A DNA stretch of 13,345 nt from Candidatus Cryosericum sp. (GTDB lineage Bacteria; Caldisericota; Caldisericia; Cryosericales; Cryosericaceae), in contig JBNAWM010000040.1 in assembly GCA_049699855.1 (NCBI GenBank), positions 1-13,345 on the forward strand, given 5' to 3'. Position 1 is the first letter of the stretch. The number at the start of each line of letters is the position of its first letter. This document shows positions 1-8,565 of this stretch, piece after piece. The translations under genes were made by a program, and so were the position numbers. The notes beneath the pieces were generated by a model. That model was not told where the DNA came from and made no database searches. It saw nothing but the letters and a program-made list of their open reading frames with translations.

Positions 1-2
1 GA

Positions 3-272
3 CAAGAGCACTCGGGAACGACGGAGGAAAGACATGCGGGGACGACGGAAGAAGGGCATTCGGGAACGACGGAGGAAGAAGATATGGGAACAACGGAGGA
101 AAGACATGCGGGGACGCAGGGGTTCAAGAGCATGGATCATGAGAGTAGAATTGATGCAATTAGATCCGATTCGAGGAGGAGGGAGACTATGGATGGATTG
201 GGGCAAGTAATCGTTATGGCCATTATCATCTTTATCTTTATCGGGATTGCAGCGTGGATGTTCCTTCAATGA
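3..272 (+). CDS. 3' part of a hypothetical protein with 8-aa tandem repeats and a C-terminal transmembrane helix (probably 5'-truncated by the window)
   Basis: Frame +3 is open from the window edge to TGA 270-272: QEHSGTTEERHAGTTEEGHSGTTEEEDMGTTEERHAGTQGFKS...GQVIVMAIIIFIFIGIAAWMFLQ*. The ORF-track ATG at 84 lies inside a repeat unit, so it is likely internal. Confidence 0.55.
   Translation, partial: QEHSGTTEERHAGTTEEGHSGTTEEEDMGTTEERHAGTQGFKSMDHESRIDAIRSDSRRRETMDGLGQVIVMAIIIFIFIGIAAWMFLQ
9..119 (+). repeat. 24-nt coding tandem repeat, about 4.6 visible units
   Basis: Units are 9-32, 33-56, 57-80, 81-104 and partial 105-119. Consensus is about CA(T/C)(T/G)CGGG(A/G)ACGACGGA(G/A)GAA(A/G)G(A/G), encoding H(S/A)GTTEE(R/G/E). 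There are no spacers. Confidence 0.85.
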
Positions 273-302
273 AAAAGGGGCCAGCCATTGATGGCTGACC
301 CC
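272..302 (-). terminator. Rho-independent terminator of the cas interference operon
   Basis: The minus-strand RNA reads GGGGUCAGCCA-UCAA-UGGCUGGCCCC-UUUUU, an 11-bp stem with one U-G wobble followed by a U-tract. It starts 32 nt after the CARF gene stop at 335. On the + strand the same pair is a C-A mismatch and no U-tract follows. Confidence 0.85.
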
Positions 303-334
303 GTGTGTGGTGCAAAGAGAATCAGACAGCTCTT

Positions 335-1645
335 CTACTGATCCAGAAAGTCGGTGGGGAAGTCAAGCGCTCGAAGGCCAGCGTTGAACTTTCGTTTCTT
401 GGCCAAAAGTCCCAGAGCGGCTTCGGCAAAACCACCCATGCCTGTCCTCATGTCCTCGTCGTAGTCGGTCTTGGAAACGGGACGCGTACCGTGAGCGAGC
501 AGACTGTAGTTCCGACGCTCCATAGCGTGGCGGACCGGACCTTCCCACTCGGACCAGAGTTTTCCCATACTGGGTTCCAGCGCCGCAAGGAGTTCCCAAC
601 TGTGGAGAAAGCCCAGCGCCGGCTCTACCGCCAGGCTGTCGCGCCATCCGACCGACTTTGGAACCTGGTCAGGCGACACTCTGCCGGCATCCACCTTAAA
701 CATCGTCCACAACCCTGTCTGGGCCACCAGCTCACAGGCACGGTAGTTCCGGCCAATCGCGTCATCAAACTGTCCTCGCCCAGCCCTGCGCTGTCCATTG
801 GCCAGGATGTCCGACGCGAGCAGATACCCGGCGTTCGTTTTCCAGACTGGCAGAGGGGTGATATGATCCTCTTCGGTCAACCTGAGAGCTGTCACAATCG
901 ACTTCAGCGTGGCTTTGTAGGATCCGTATACCCCCTGGGTATCTCCCGCATCAAGAAGATCGAAGGCGGTTGCATGCTCAAAGCGGTCCCACGCGTCAAA
1001 TGCCTGGCATACCGTGTACCGATGTACTAAGGCTGCGGTCTTCTCGGAGGCCTGTTCCACATGGGAAAGTTCCAAAGCCGCAGCCGCATAGTCTCGCATG
1101 GCCAGGTAGGCTCTCGCACGGTTGAATGCACGCCGCTGGACAATCTCGCCGATGGGCGCCGTGACTGTGATCCCCATCTGCACTTTCTCCAGCCCCTTGC
1201 GCGATCCCGTCACGAGGACGAGCCGCACGTGTCCATCGTCAAGCGCCGCCGCAGTCAGTCCTGCCGACATGGACTTTGTGCCGCCGGTGTAGTCGGCGAG
1301 GATCTCCGCCTTTGGGTCGGCCTTGCGTATCTGAGCAATGGCATCGAACGACTTGCTGTAGCAGTCATCCAGGTTGTCGGCATCAATATTGAACACGCTC
1401 AGCTTCCACTTCCTTGGCTCAAGCTTGGCCTGAACCGGAATGCTGGGCAGGTCAGCCGGTGCGTTTGGAGGAGTGGTGGAGCTCCTGCAAACGTTCCCTT
1501 TCCCCTGCACCATCACCGCCGAAGCCTGACGCGTGGATTCAGTGGCACCCGAGCAAAGGAACACGACTCTGTCCGGCTTATGCGCCTCGATCGACTGCAC
1601 ATTTGGAACGGGCGAACCTCCTACTGTCAAGACAAGCCACTTCAT
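335..1645 (-). CDS. CARF-HEPN ancillary ribonuclease (TIGR02710 / Csm6-like), 436 aa
   Basis: ATG 1645 has an SD GGGAGGT 6 nt upstream; the ORF-track start at 2005 overlaps the previous gene. CARF motifs are LVLTVGGSP, PDRVVFLCS and ADYTGGTKSMS (D118-K124). The C-terminal part has YRACELVAQ and the HEPN motif RNYSLLAH (R378-X6-H385, nt 491-514). Confidence 0.85.
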   Translation of the reverse strand: MKWLVLTVGGSPVPNVQSIEAHKPDRVVFLCSGATESTRQASAVMVQGKGNVCRSSTTPPNAPADLPSIPVQAKLEPRKWKLSVFNIDADNLDDCYSKSFDAIAQIRKADPKAEILADYTGGTKSMSAGLTAAALDDGHVRLVLVTGSRKGLEKVQMGITVTAPIGEIVQRRAFNRARAYLAMRDYAAAALELSHVEQASEKTAALVHRYTVCQAFDAWDRFEHATAFDLLDAGDTQGVYGSYKATLKSIVTALRLTEEDHITPLPVWKTNAGYLLASDILANGQRRAGRGQFDDAIGRNYRACELVAQTGLWTMFKVDAGRVSPDQVPKSVGWRDSLAVEPALGFLHSWELLAALEPSMGKLWSEWEGPVRHAMERRNYSLLAHGTRPVSKTDYDEDMRTGMGGFAEAALGLLAKKRKFNAGLRALDFPTDFLDQ

Positions 1646-1649
1646 GTCG

Positions 1650-4079
1650 TTACCTCCCGTGTCTGTGGTTTCTGTCGAACTCTTCAAGATATGGCAGGCC
1701 TTGGTCCACTGCGAGGTCAGGTAATGCAAGACCTTTCGGGAGGCAACCTTTCGCTGATCGTTCATTCTCACTGAACCATTTGAATCCTTCGCCTGCCGGC
1801 TTGGGTGGCACACTGCTGGGGTCGTCCATCCTCCGACTCCTCGGATAGTGCGTCGGCAAGCTATCCTTGTATCCCTGGGCCGCCACGACAAACGCCTTGA
1901 TGTACGGCACCTGCTCGAACGCGACTCCGCCCGCCGCAGAAACTGCCTGCTGATATTGCCTGACCAACTCCGCACCCTTGTCCTGCACCACCACTGGCTC
2001 AACACTGGTCAGAGACCTGTAGTAGGCCGCCCAGTCGCTCCCTTTTCCCAACTGGCTGCCGTCCCAATCAATGGCAAGAGCAACACTGCCAAATCCGTAT
2101 GCCTTGCCGCTTCCAAGCTTGAGATACCTGTTGGGTCCCAGCGACAAGATCCAAACCAGGGCACCCAGCTCTACGCTGCTGAGGTTTGTGACATCTATAT
2201 CAAAGTTGAACGCTGTGCCGGGCTTGACCCAGCTCTCGACCGTGCGGTTCTGGGTATCCAACTGCTCCTCGCCATTGAGTCTCGGGCGCCGGTATTCCTG
2301 ATACCATCCAGGCGCTCCGGTTATCTCTGTCTGGGTCCTGTCCTCCGTCGGGTTGTCCCAATACCCTTGTGGCAGGTTCTGGTGGGGGAAGACCTTGCGC
2401 CCACGGAGACCCTTTCCCAGGCTGTATCCGGCATCCTGTTTCTTAATGCCATTGCTCTGGGCTATGCCCTGCTGGTTGGCAGCCACATAGAAACGTCCCT
2501 GTTCTGACTTTGGCTGACCCATGATAGCCAGAGGAAGTCCCGTCAGTTTGCCTTTGGCGAGCTTCATGATGGCATCGCCAGTCTCACACTGGACCGCGCC
2601 TATCCTCAAGTTTCCGCGATAGGCCGATTGTTCTTTGGATCCAGACACACCATCCTTCACCCATCCAAACACCCGGTCGGCCGGGGACAGATGCTTGATG
2701 TCCGAGGCCGGTTTCAGGCTCGCATCCAGCAATTGATCCGGTGATGCGTCCTGCAGGTCCCGAGAGATCATGACCGGGAACAGCCCGGTCAATTTCAGTG
2801 TCTGGCCGCTCCACTCAACTGCCGCGTAACACAGGGCGCCCTCTTTCAGGGTACGCTCCTCTTTCCACTCCCGAATGTGGCGCGAGTACTCACAGCCGTT
2901 GCCCAGCGCAGGTGGACAGACAGCACCGGTGCGGATGTCCCGTTCGTTTGCTTGATAGTAGTTGTCTATGAGATTCTCCCAGCGCTTTTCCTGCTCCTCA
3001 GGCACAAGAAGGCGCATCGGGGCCCCACCGTTGGCGTTGAAGAAAATCCGCTCGTCATGTTTCTTCTTTCCGGGAGGCATATTCTTGCCGGAAATACAAA
3101 CCCAGCCACCTTTAAACTGCTTGACGACTTCCTTGTTGTCTTTCGCCTTGTAGTCGCTAGGGACGACCCGCCAGTAGTCAAATGGCGCGCCCTTGTCGTG
3201 TGGCGTGCTGACAGCCAAGAAGCTCTCGACGTGGTCTCCGTGCTTCCAGCGCGTAATGTTAGTAACATCGTCATGTTCATGGTACATTGGCAGCCAGGCA
3301 GCGTACATGAACGAACCTTTGGGTTCGCCACGGCCGGTTGGGTCAACCTGAGTTGTTCCTGTGTACAGCTCTGCCTCGAGCCTTCCATCCGGGCGTGCGA
3401 CCATGCGTGCTGGGACCATTGCCAGCCCTTGCCTGGCTTCCTGGCGCATCCCTAGGGGAACACCATGATCGGAGAAGACACCCATGCGCGAATTCGTGAC
3501 CGCCTCGTAGGCAGAGCGAAGCATCCCCTTGAGAGAAGTGGGGGCAACTATTGGGCGGCCCGCCGCATCGACACGCATGGGATATTCTTTGTGATCTACA
3601 TCAGGGTCATCAGGCAGGTCCGGGATAAGCAGAGGGGTCTCGGTCGTCATGCGAACGTGCAGGCGGCCCGTCCATTTCTCTGTATCCAGCTTGTCATGAC
3701 GCGTATAGGGGTGGTCCGCCAGATCGGATTGCTCGGGGAGTGCCTGCCGTGGCATGGCCGGGATAAAGTTGTAAGGGTTGTGGTACCGTGCCTCTCTCGC
3801 CCCACGGCTGGCGCTTCCGGTACCAGCGGCAGCCAGTGGCGCTTGCGTCGCGGGCTTTTCCTCACCAGGGCACCAGACACAAATTGGGCGCCCTCCGTCC
3901 AATTCGACCAGCACGTCAAGATTGCCTGACTGAACAAACGCGGCCACTTGCTTGCTCCTCGTGACTTTTGCCTCAAGGGCATTGGGTGAGCCCAGCGTCC
4001 CCTTCTTGCTGGTCCAAGAGATGTACAGGCCTCCCTTGTCCTTGCGGTAAGTGACAATACCCTTCACTGGATCACTCAT
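1650..4079 (-). CDS. cas7: Cas7-group RAMP with large insertion (TIGR03986-like, type III-D Cas7-insertion), 809 aa
   Basis: ATG 4079 has an SD GAGGTG. Motifs are HNPYNFIP, TETPLLIPD, PTSLKGMLRSAYEAVTNS, LSPADRVFGWV, LRGRKVFPHQ, F-x-FDIDVTNLSSVELGAL and the G-rich loop LGSGKAYGFG. It follows csx19. Confidence 0.88.
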   Translation of the reverse strand: MSDPVKGIVTYRKDKGGLYISWTSKKGTLGSPNALEAKVTRSKQVAAFVQSGNLDVLVELDGGRPICVWCPGEEKPATQAPLAAAGTGSASRGAREARYHNPYNFIPAMPRQALPEQSDLADHPYTRHDKLDTEKWTGRLHVRMTTETPLLIPDLPDDPDVDHKEYPMRVDAAGRPIVAPTSLKGMLRSAYEAVTNSRMGVFSDHGVPLGMRQEARQGLAMVPARMVARPDGRLEAELYTGTTQVDPTGRGEPKGSFMYAAWLPMYHEHDDVTNITRWKHGDHVESFLAVSTPHDKGAPFDYWRVVPSDYKAKDNKEVVKQFKGGWVCISGKNMPPGKKKHDERIFFNANGGAPMRLLVPEEQEKRWENLIDNYYQANERDIRTGAVCPPALGNGCEYSRHIREWKEERTLKEGALCYAAVEWSGQTLKLTGLFPVMISRDLQDASPDQLLDASLKPASDIKHLSPADRVFGWVKDGVSGSKEQSAYRGNLRIGAVQCETGDAIMKLAKGKLTGLPLAIMGQPKSEQGRFYVAANQQGIAQSNGIKKQDAGYSLGKGLRGRKVFPHQNLPQGYWDNPTEDRTQTEITGAPGWYQEYRRPRLNGEEQLDTQNRTVESWVKPGTAFNFDIDVTNLSSVELGALVWILSLGPNRYLKLGSGKAYGFGSVALAIDWDGSQLGKGSDWAAYYRSLTSVEPVVVQDKGAELVRQYQQAVSAAGGVAFEQVPYIKAFVVAAQGYKDSLPTHYPRSRRMDDPSSVPPKPAGEGFKWFSENERSAKGCLPKGLALPDLAVDQGLPYLEEFDRNHRHGR

Positions 4080-4668
4080 ACTTCACCTCGCCTGCAACCA
4101 GCTCGAGCAATCGTTCCTCGGCGACTTCCACATTGCCATCCTTGCCATCGTCGGCGATGTCATACTCCCGAGCCCGCAAAGACGCATGATGGTGCGCGGC
4201 CATGCCTGCGATGGGAATGTCTATTGCCCCGATCCGCGGTTCCGCCAGACGGCTCCAGCCTTGGCCTATCTCATCGCCGGTTCCGGTCCCCCACAGCAGA
4301 TAGCAAATATCTTTGCTGGAGACGGCAGACCTCAGCCTGCTGGGCTCTGACCAGCCTGCTGGCAGACGTGTCAGCACCGATTCGACCTCCGTCAGCACAA
4401 CAGCAGGCCCCCTGCCCTCTGCCTGATGCAGCCAGCGGAACTCAGCAGACGGCGAAAAGACGCGCATCTCAAAGACAGGCTCTCCTTCCGGCCACGGATG
4501 GCCCGGCGAAAAACTCAGTTCACCGTTCACTCCGACACGCCCGAACACACAGTCGGATGGTCCGTAAACAAGTACAGTCGCTTCACCCCCGAAGATGCCC
4601 GCAACCTCCTTCATTGCCACATCGACCGGCACATCCTCTCGTCTGGCACTCATCAGAACATTACCCAT
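4072..4668 (-). CDS. csx19: Csx19, type III-D specific subunit, about 198 aa
   Basis: SD GGGAGG is followed by ATGATG (4671/4668), overlapping the upstream TGA; start 4671 is an alternative. Motifs are VFEMRVFSPSAEFRW, YLLWGT, LAEPRIG, REY-x-I and C-terminal EERL. Its position between the two cas7 genes is typical of III-D. Confidence 0.8.
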   Translation of the reverse strand: MGNVLMSARREDVPVDVAMKEVAGIFGGEATVLVYGPSDCVFGRVGVNGELSFSPGHPWPEGEPVFEMRVFSPSAEFRWLHQAEGRGPAVVLTEVESVLTRLPAGWSEPSRLRSAVSSKDICYLLWGTGTGDEIGQGWSRLAEPRIGAIDIPIAGMAAHHHASLRAREYDIADDGKDGNVEVAEERLLELVAGEVKYE

Positions 4669-6161
4669 CATACACCTCCCTCGTGATCGACCACGGCCTT
4701 CTGCCACGCCTTTCCCAGCTCTTCAAGCAGGCCCTGCGGCAGATGCCCGATGTCACCCTTCTCCAGCGTCAGTGCTTCCTTCATCCAATCGACTCCGGCG
4801 GGAACAAGGGTGATGCTGTCAACCGTGATGTCCCCCATCCCCCGGTTCGTGGCAAAGCCAAGCGGCACCCTGCCAGCAGCCAGGTCTCTCAGCGTCAACA
4901 GCAGCAGCGCCATCATCTGCTTCTGCTTCTCGGGTTTGTCCTCCAAACGCAGGAGATCCAGCGTGAAGTGCATGGGCTCCCACTTCAAGTCTCGCGGTTC
5001 CATCTGAGTGAAGAGCTTCTTGTCAGAGGCTCCACCCAGCCATCGGTCTATCGCCACATGAGCGGCGGTCGACAGCTTCTTGTCCAAGGCAGAGTCCGCA
5101 AGAGCGCTCCGTACGTCAGCTTCTTCAATGGCCGCCTCCACCTGCGCCCAGGCATCGCGCTTGACAGCATCGTCCTTGGCATAACAATCGTCGACGCTCA
5201 GCATGCCCATGCCCCCGACTTCCGGGTCTTTGTCCTTGTCCGCCCGCGAACTGCCAAACAGCATTGCCACAAGCTTGCCGGCTTCATGGCTGGCTTTGTC
5301 TGGTGATCCACCTGCGACCGTGTTGACGATGAGTGTGGCGCGGGAACGCAGAACGCCCTTCAGAGAGCTGCCGGGCACGGTGAGGGCAACCTGGCCTCCA
5401 TCCACCCCGCTCACCAGCGGAAGACTGTCGATGGCAATGCCGCTCACTCCCGACTTGACCATCATGGGCGCTGTCGTGTGCCATTGAATGGAGATGTCGA
5501 TGCGCCGACTGGCCGTTTCTGCTCCTGATGCCAGGCTTTCCAGCAGGATTTCGCTGTCGTGTCCACGCAGATGATCAATCATGCCCTGGCGCGTATCAAG
5601 GATCGCACAGCGAAGTTTGTCGTCTTTGAGAACAACCTTGCCCATGCCACGCGTCCGCTGGGAGCCAAGGCGAATGCTGGCGTGCTGCAGTGCCTCCGTC
5701 AGCATCTTCACAGCCGCCTCTGCCCTGGCAACGTCTTCACCACGCGGTACGCCAAGAGAACAGGTGAACTGCACGCTGGTCCCTCGCGGCAGGATGGTCG
5801 TATTATACTTGATGCCGCTGCTTGCTGTGCCGGTGCCTGCATCGATACCAACGCCGTCGCGGACTTCAGAAACGACGTCTCCTTCGACGACAGCATCTTC
5901 AACCGTAAACAGGCTTGCCAGCCCCTTGTCGCCATCCTGAAATCCCCACAGTGCATGAATCTCGTCTTCTCCACCTGAAGACATCCACTGACGGAGTGCC
6001 CCGGCCAGACTTGTTCCTGGAATGTAGTACCTTCCCTGTCCATCGACCGCGAGTGGCATGTCACTCATCGGATCACCCGCATCCACTCCTCCAATGTGCA
6101 GGGGAGTCTCGGCGACAAGACGGCCTGTCAGGGTGTAGACTCTGCTCATGTTACGCGACAT
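4668..6161 (-). CDS. cas7: Cas7-Cas7 tandem fusion (Csm3-group RAMP), 497 aa
   Basis: ATG 6161 has an SD AAGGAGG 9 nt upstream. Domain 1 has ETPLHIGG, YYIPGTSLAGALR, LWG, VRDGVGID and LGSQRTRGMG. Domain 2 has TAPMMVKSG, VPGSSLKGVLRS, LFG, HVAIDRWLGG and LGFATNRGMG. Confidence 0.88.
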   Translation of the reverse strand: MSRNMSRVYTLTGRLVAETPLHIGGVDAGDPMSDMPLAVDGQGRYYIPGTSLAGALRQWMSSGGEDEIHALWGFQDGDKGLASLFTVEDAVVEGDVVSEVRDGVGIDAGTGTASSGIKYNTTILPRGTSVQFTCSLGVPRGEDVARAEAAVKMLTEALQHASIRLGSQRTRGMGKVVLKDDKLRCAILDTRQGMIDHLRGHDSEILLESLASGAETASRRIDISIQWHTTAPMMVKSGVSGIAIDSLPLVSGVDGGQVALTVPGSSLKGVLRSRATLIVNTVAGGSPDKASHEAGKLVAMLFGSSRADKDKDPEVGGMGMLSVDDCYAKDDAVKRDAWAQVEAAIEEADVRSALADSALDKKLSTAAHVAIDRWLGGASDKKLFTQMEPRDLKWEPMHFTLDLLRLEDKPEKQKQMMALLLLTLRDLAAGRVPLGFATNRGMGDITVDSITLVPAGVDWMKEALTLEKGDIGHLPQGLLEELGKAWQKAVVDHEGGV

Positions 6162-8565
6162 GTTCTTGTCCCTCCTTGCTCTGCTTTGCGCTCTTTTCCC
6201 GGTCGCGCTTCTCAAACCGAATACACTGGTCCAACAGCGTCCGCACAGCCTCGACCCAGACCTTGGGGTCCTGATCCATCTTGGACGTGGAAGCGAATTC
6301 TCTCTGCCACGTTCCCTTTGTAAACAGCAGGTCCCAGACGGCACTCTGGTCTGCAAACAACTCCGTCAGCCTCTTCTTGGCGTCCTTTCCCCACTTTTCC
6401 GTGAACAGGTCCTTGTTCTTGCCATGCTTGCCTGTCTCGTGATTGATCCATGCCATGACCACGGCGTCGCCTGGCTTCTTGATGACACCGGCCATCGTGC
6501 GCAGAGTGCCCAGTTGGCTGTCGGTCGGCTGCTTCTGGGTAATACCAAGAGCCGGCCGGCGCTTTTCGGCATCCATTCCCACATCTGTGGCCGCTTTGCG
6601 CAATTCTGCGGTCATAAGTGTGGATTCAAGACTGCGCCAGTACTCTTGTTCCTCATCCGTCATGTGTGACGAACCACCGTTCTCCAATGGCCGGTCTCCA
6701 CTTTTCACCTCAGCTGATTCAACATCCTTCTCGTCAAGAAGGGAGCTGTTGAACAAAATCTGTCCATAGCCCTCGGGCCGGCGTTCACCAATGCCTTCCT
6801 GCTGAAGGCGTCCCAGAGCGGACGCATACCGCTGTTCGTCCTGCACTGAGGCAACCTTGTAAATGAAGCATGTTCCAGCGCAAAGTCCAACGAGGCTGGG
6901 GCGGGGCAATCCCCACCCGGTCTGCCATGAATCTGTTCGACGCCGGCGACCCACATAGTTCATCGGAGATCCATCTTCCTCAGGTTGATACATGGTTGTC
7001 AGTTCGCAGCCCAGTTCCTTTTCCAGAACCGCGTGAAGCACTTCGGGCGTTCCATCCAGCCCCAGGCGATCATTGCGCAAAAGGAGATCAGATGTCATCC
7101 ACACAGTCAGCACATCAGACCGCACAGCGGGGTGTTCCTCCACTGCGGGCCGCACGTCCTGGATGCGCACGACGCCATAGTCATCCTTCTTGGACGATCC
7201 GATCCTGAGCAGGGTCCCAACCAACTTCCTCTCCCACCCCGCGGGCATCGCAGTATCTGCTGCCACACGGATGGTTGCCCTGAAGGTCTGCCCGGGACGG
7301 ATGGCCATATAGGTGAACACACCACCGGCATTATCGTCTGGACGCTGGCGGGCATCATCGATCGTGTTGTGCATGCGTGCCGTCTGCTCGACGCTCTTGC
7401 TGGCCAGCCGCTTGCCATCCCAGTGCACATATCCGCCGCGCATGCCCTTGTACTGCCGGCCCTCTTTCAATCGCTCTCTCAGGGTATTCACCAGACGCGC
7501 CTGCGTGCCAGCCACGGGGGCTTTCTCCCGAAAGAATGCCCATGGGCATGGAAGTCCCTGCTGTCCATTAACATCGATGGTTGCGTTGGAAACAAGCACC
7601 CTGCTGCCTGCGATGGCAGTTGCCGCATCAATTCCAGAGTCGTTCAGCGCATGCGACACCGCCGGCAGCAAATAGGTTCCTGGCAGGTAGTCCAGCGACT
7701 CGACCACGTTCCCTTTCTTGGCAGATCTTGCAATGACAGGCGTCTCCGGCGCCAACGTCACCTCAAACGCCGACCACCCTGCATCGCCGCCAGACGCGTG
7801 CAGAACGGGAGAAGCAAACTTGTCTGTATCTGCGGGAGGAGATGGAATCTTGTCTGCGTAGGTGGCCAGCCACTCGACCTCGCTCTTCTCATCGATGCCC
7901 TGTCCCGCCATGCTTACGTTCACCCTGCCACTGCCGCGGCGGCGCTTGCCCCCGATCCGCTCTGTCAAGCGGCACCCAGCGGCCAGCAGGGCAAACACGC
8001 AGTGCTGCTGCTCGGAACTCAGGCCAGTGACATCAATCTGGCCATCGGCGCGCAGAGCAATTCCACCGCGAACCATCTCCACCATGCGAAGACAGTGATC
8101 CTCCGATTGGCCCGTCTTGGCATTCAGCATGACGCCCGGCTTGACGAACGTCAGTGACTGCCTCAGAGCATCATTCATCTCCTTTGCCTGCCCTGTTGGA
8201 CCGACACCTGTCAGCCTTGAGCAAATTCCGTCAGGCAGAGAAGCCGGACGAATGGATAGCGCGGCACCTCTTGGATGGTCAAATGGCGGAGTGTCTTCGA
8301 TGGACGGCTGGCTGCCAAAAATATACGTCACCCAGGCAGACCAGGGCCCTTCTGTACTGCCGTTGTCCAGGCCGAAGGCGGTCTGTTCGCATGCATCGCG
8401 CAGGATGCCGGTCAGCGTCTTGGCTGGGACGTATGGAAGATCCTGTTCGTCCCGCGCAACCAACGCATCGATGTCGCCTGGGCGGCCGTACCCTGAACCC
8501 ACGTGCCAGTCCGACAACATATTCAGACTGAATACGACTGTCCGCATATCACTGAGCTTGGTCAT
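6151..8565 (-). CDS. csx10: Cas7-Cas5-Cas11 fusion (Csx10-like), 804 aa
   Basis: ATG 8565 has an SD-like GAAGGGGG. The N-terminal Cas7 has SDWHVGSG, LPYVPAKTLTGILRDA and IGGKRRRGSG. The central Cas5/Csx10 region has SLDYLPGTYLL, IGSSKKDDYG, WQTGWGLPRPS and GIGERRPEGYG. A helical tail of about 170 aa containing SQLGTLR is interpreted as Cas11. Confidence 0.8.
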   Translation of the reverse strand: MTKLSDMRTVVFSLNMLSDWHVGSGYGRPGDIDALVARDEQDLPYVPAKTLTGILRDACEQTAFGLDNGSTEGPWSAWVTYIFGSQPSIEDTPPFDHPRGAALSIRPASLPDGICSRLTGVGPTGQAKEMNDALRQSLTFVKPGVMLNAKTGQSEDHCLRMVEMVRGGIALRADGQIDVTGLSSEQQHCVFALLAAGCRLTERIGGKRRRGSGRVNVSMAGQGIDEKSEVEWLATYADKIPSPPADTDKFASPVLHASGGDAGWSAFEVTLAPETPVIARSAKKGNVVESLDYLPGTYLLPAVSHALNDSGIDAATAIAGSRVLVSNATIDVNGQQGLPCPWAFFREKAPVAGTQARLVNTLRERLKEGRQYKGMRGGYVHWDGKRLASKSVEQTARMHNTIDDARQRPDDNAGGVFTYMAIRPGQTFRATIRVAADTAMPAGWERKLVGTLLRIGSSKKDDYGVVRIQDVRPAVEEHPAVRSDVLTVWMTSDLLLRNDRLGLDGTPEVLHAVLEKELGCELTTMYQPEEDGSPMNYVGRRRRTDSWQTGWGLPRPSLVGLCAGTCFIYKVASVQDEQRYASALGRLQQEGIGERRPEGYGQILFNSSLLDEKDVESAEVKSGDRPLENGGSSHMTDEEQEYWRSLESTLMTAELRKAATDVGMDAEKRRPALGITQKQPTDSQLGTLRTMAGVIKKPGDAVVMAWINHETGKHGKNKDLFTEKWGKDAKKRLTELFADQSAVWDLLFTKGTWQREFASTSKMDQDPKVWVEAVRTLLDQCIRFEKRDREKSAKQSKEGQEHVA

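Noticed and set aside
9..119. 24-nt periodic repeat as a CRISPR array
   Set aside because: Units are head-to-tail with no unique spacers or hairpin, and the period is a multiple of 3 within an open frame, so it is a coding tandem repeat.
1646..2005. ORF-track N-terminal extensions (CARF from 2005, csx19 from 4707, cas7-7 from 6356, cas7-5-11 from 8628, RT-cas1 from 10574)
   Set aside because: They overlap upstream genes or the promoter and lack SD sites. The downstream ATGs at 1645, 4668/4671, 6161, 8565 and 10631 have clear SD sequences and begin near the family motifs.
1650..8565. Type III-E (Cas7-11/gRAMP) assignment
   Set aside because: Cas10, a Cas5-like region and Csx19 are present, the Cas7 domains are split over three genes, and there is no TPR-CHAT/Csx29 gene.
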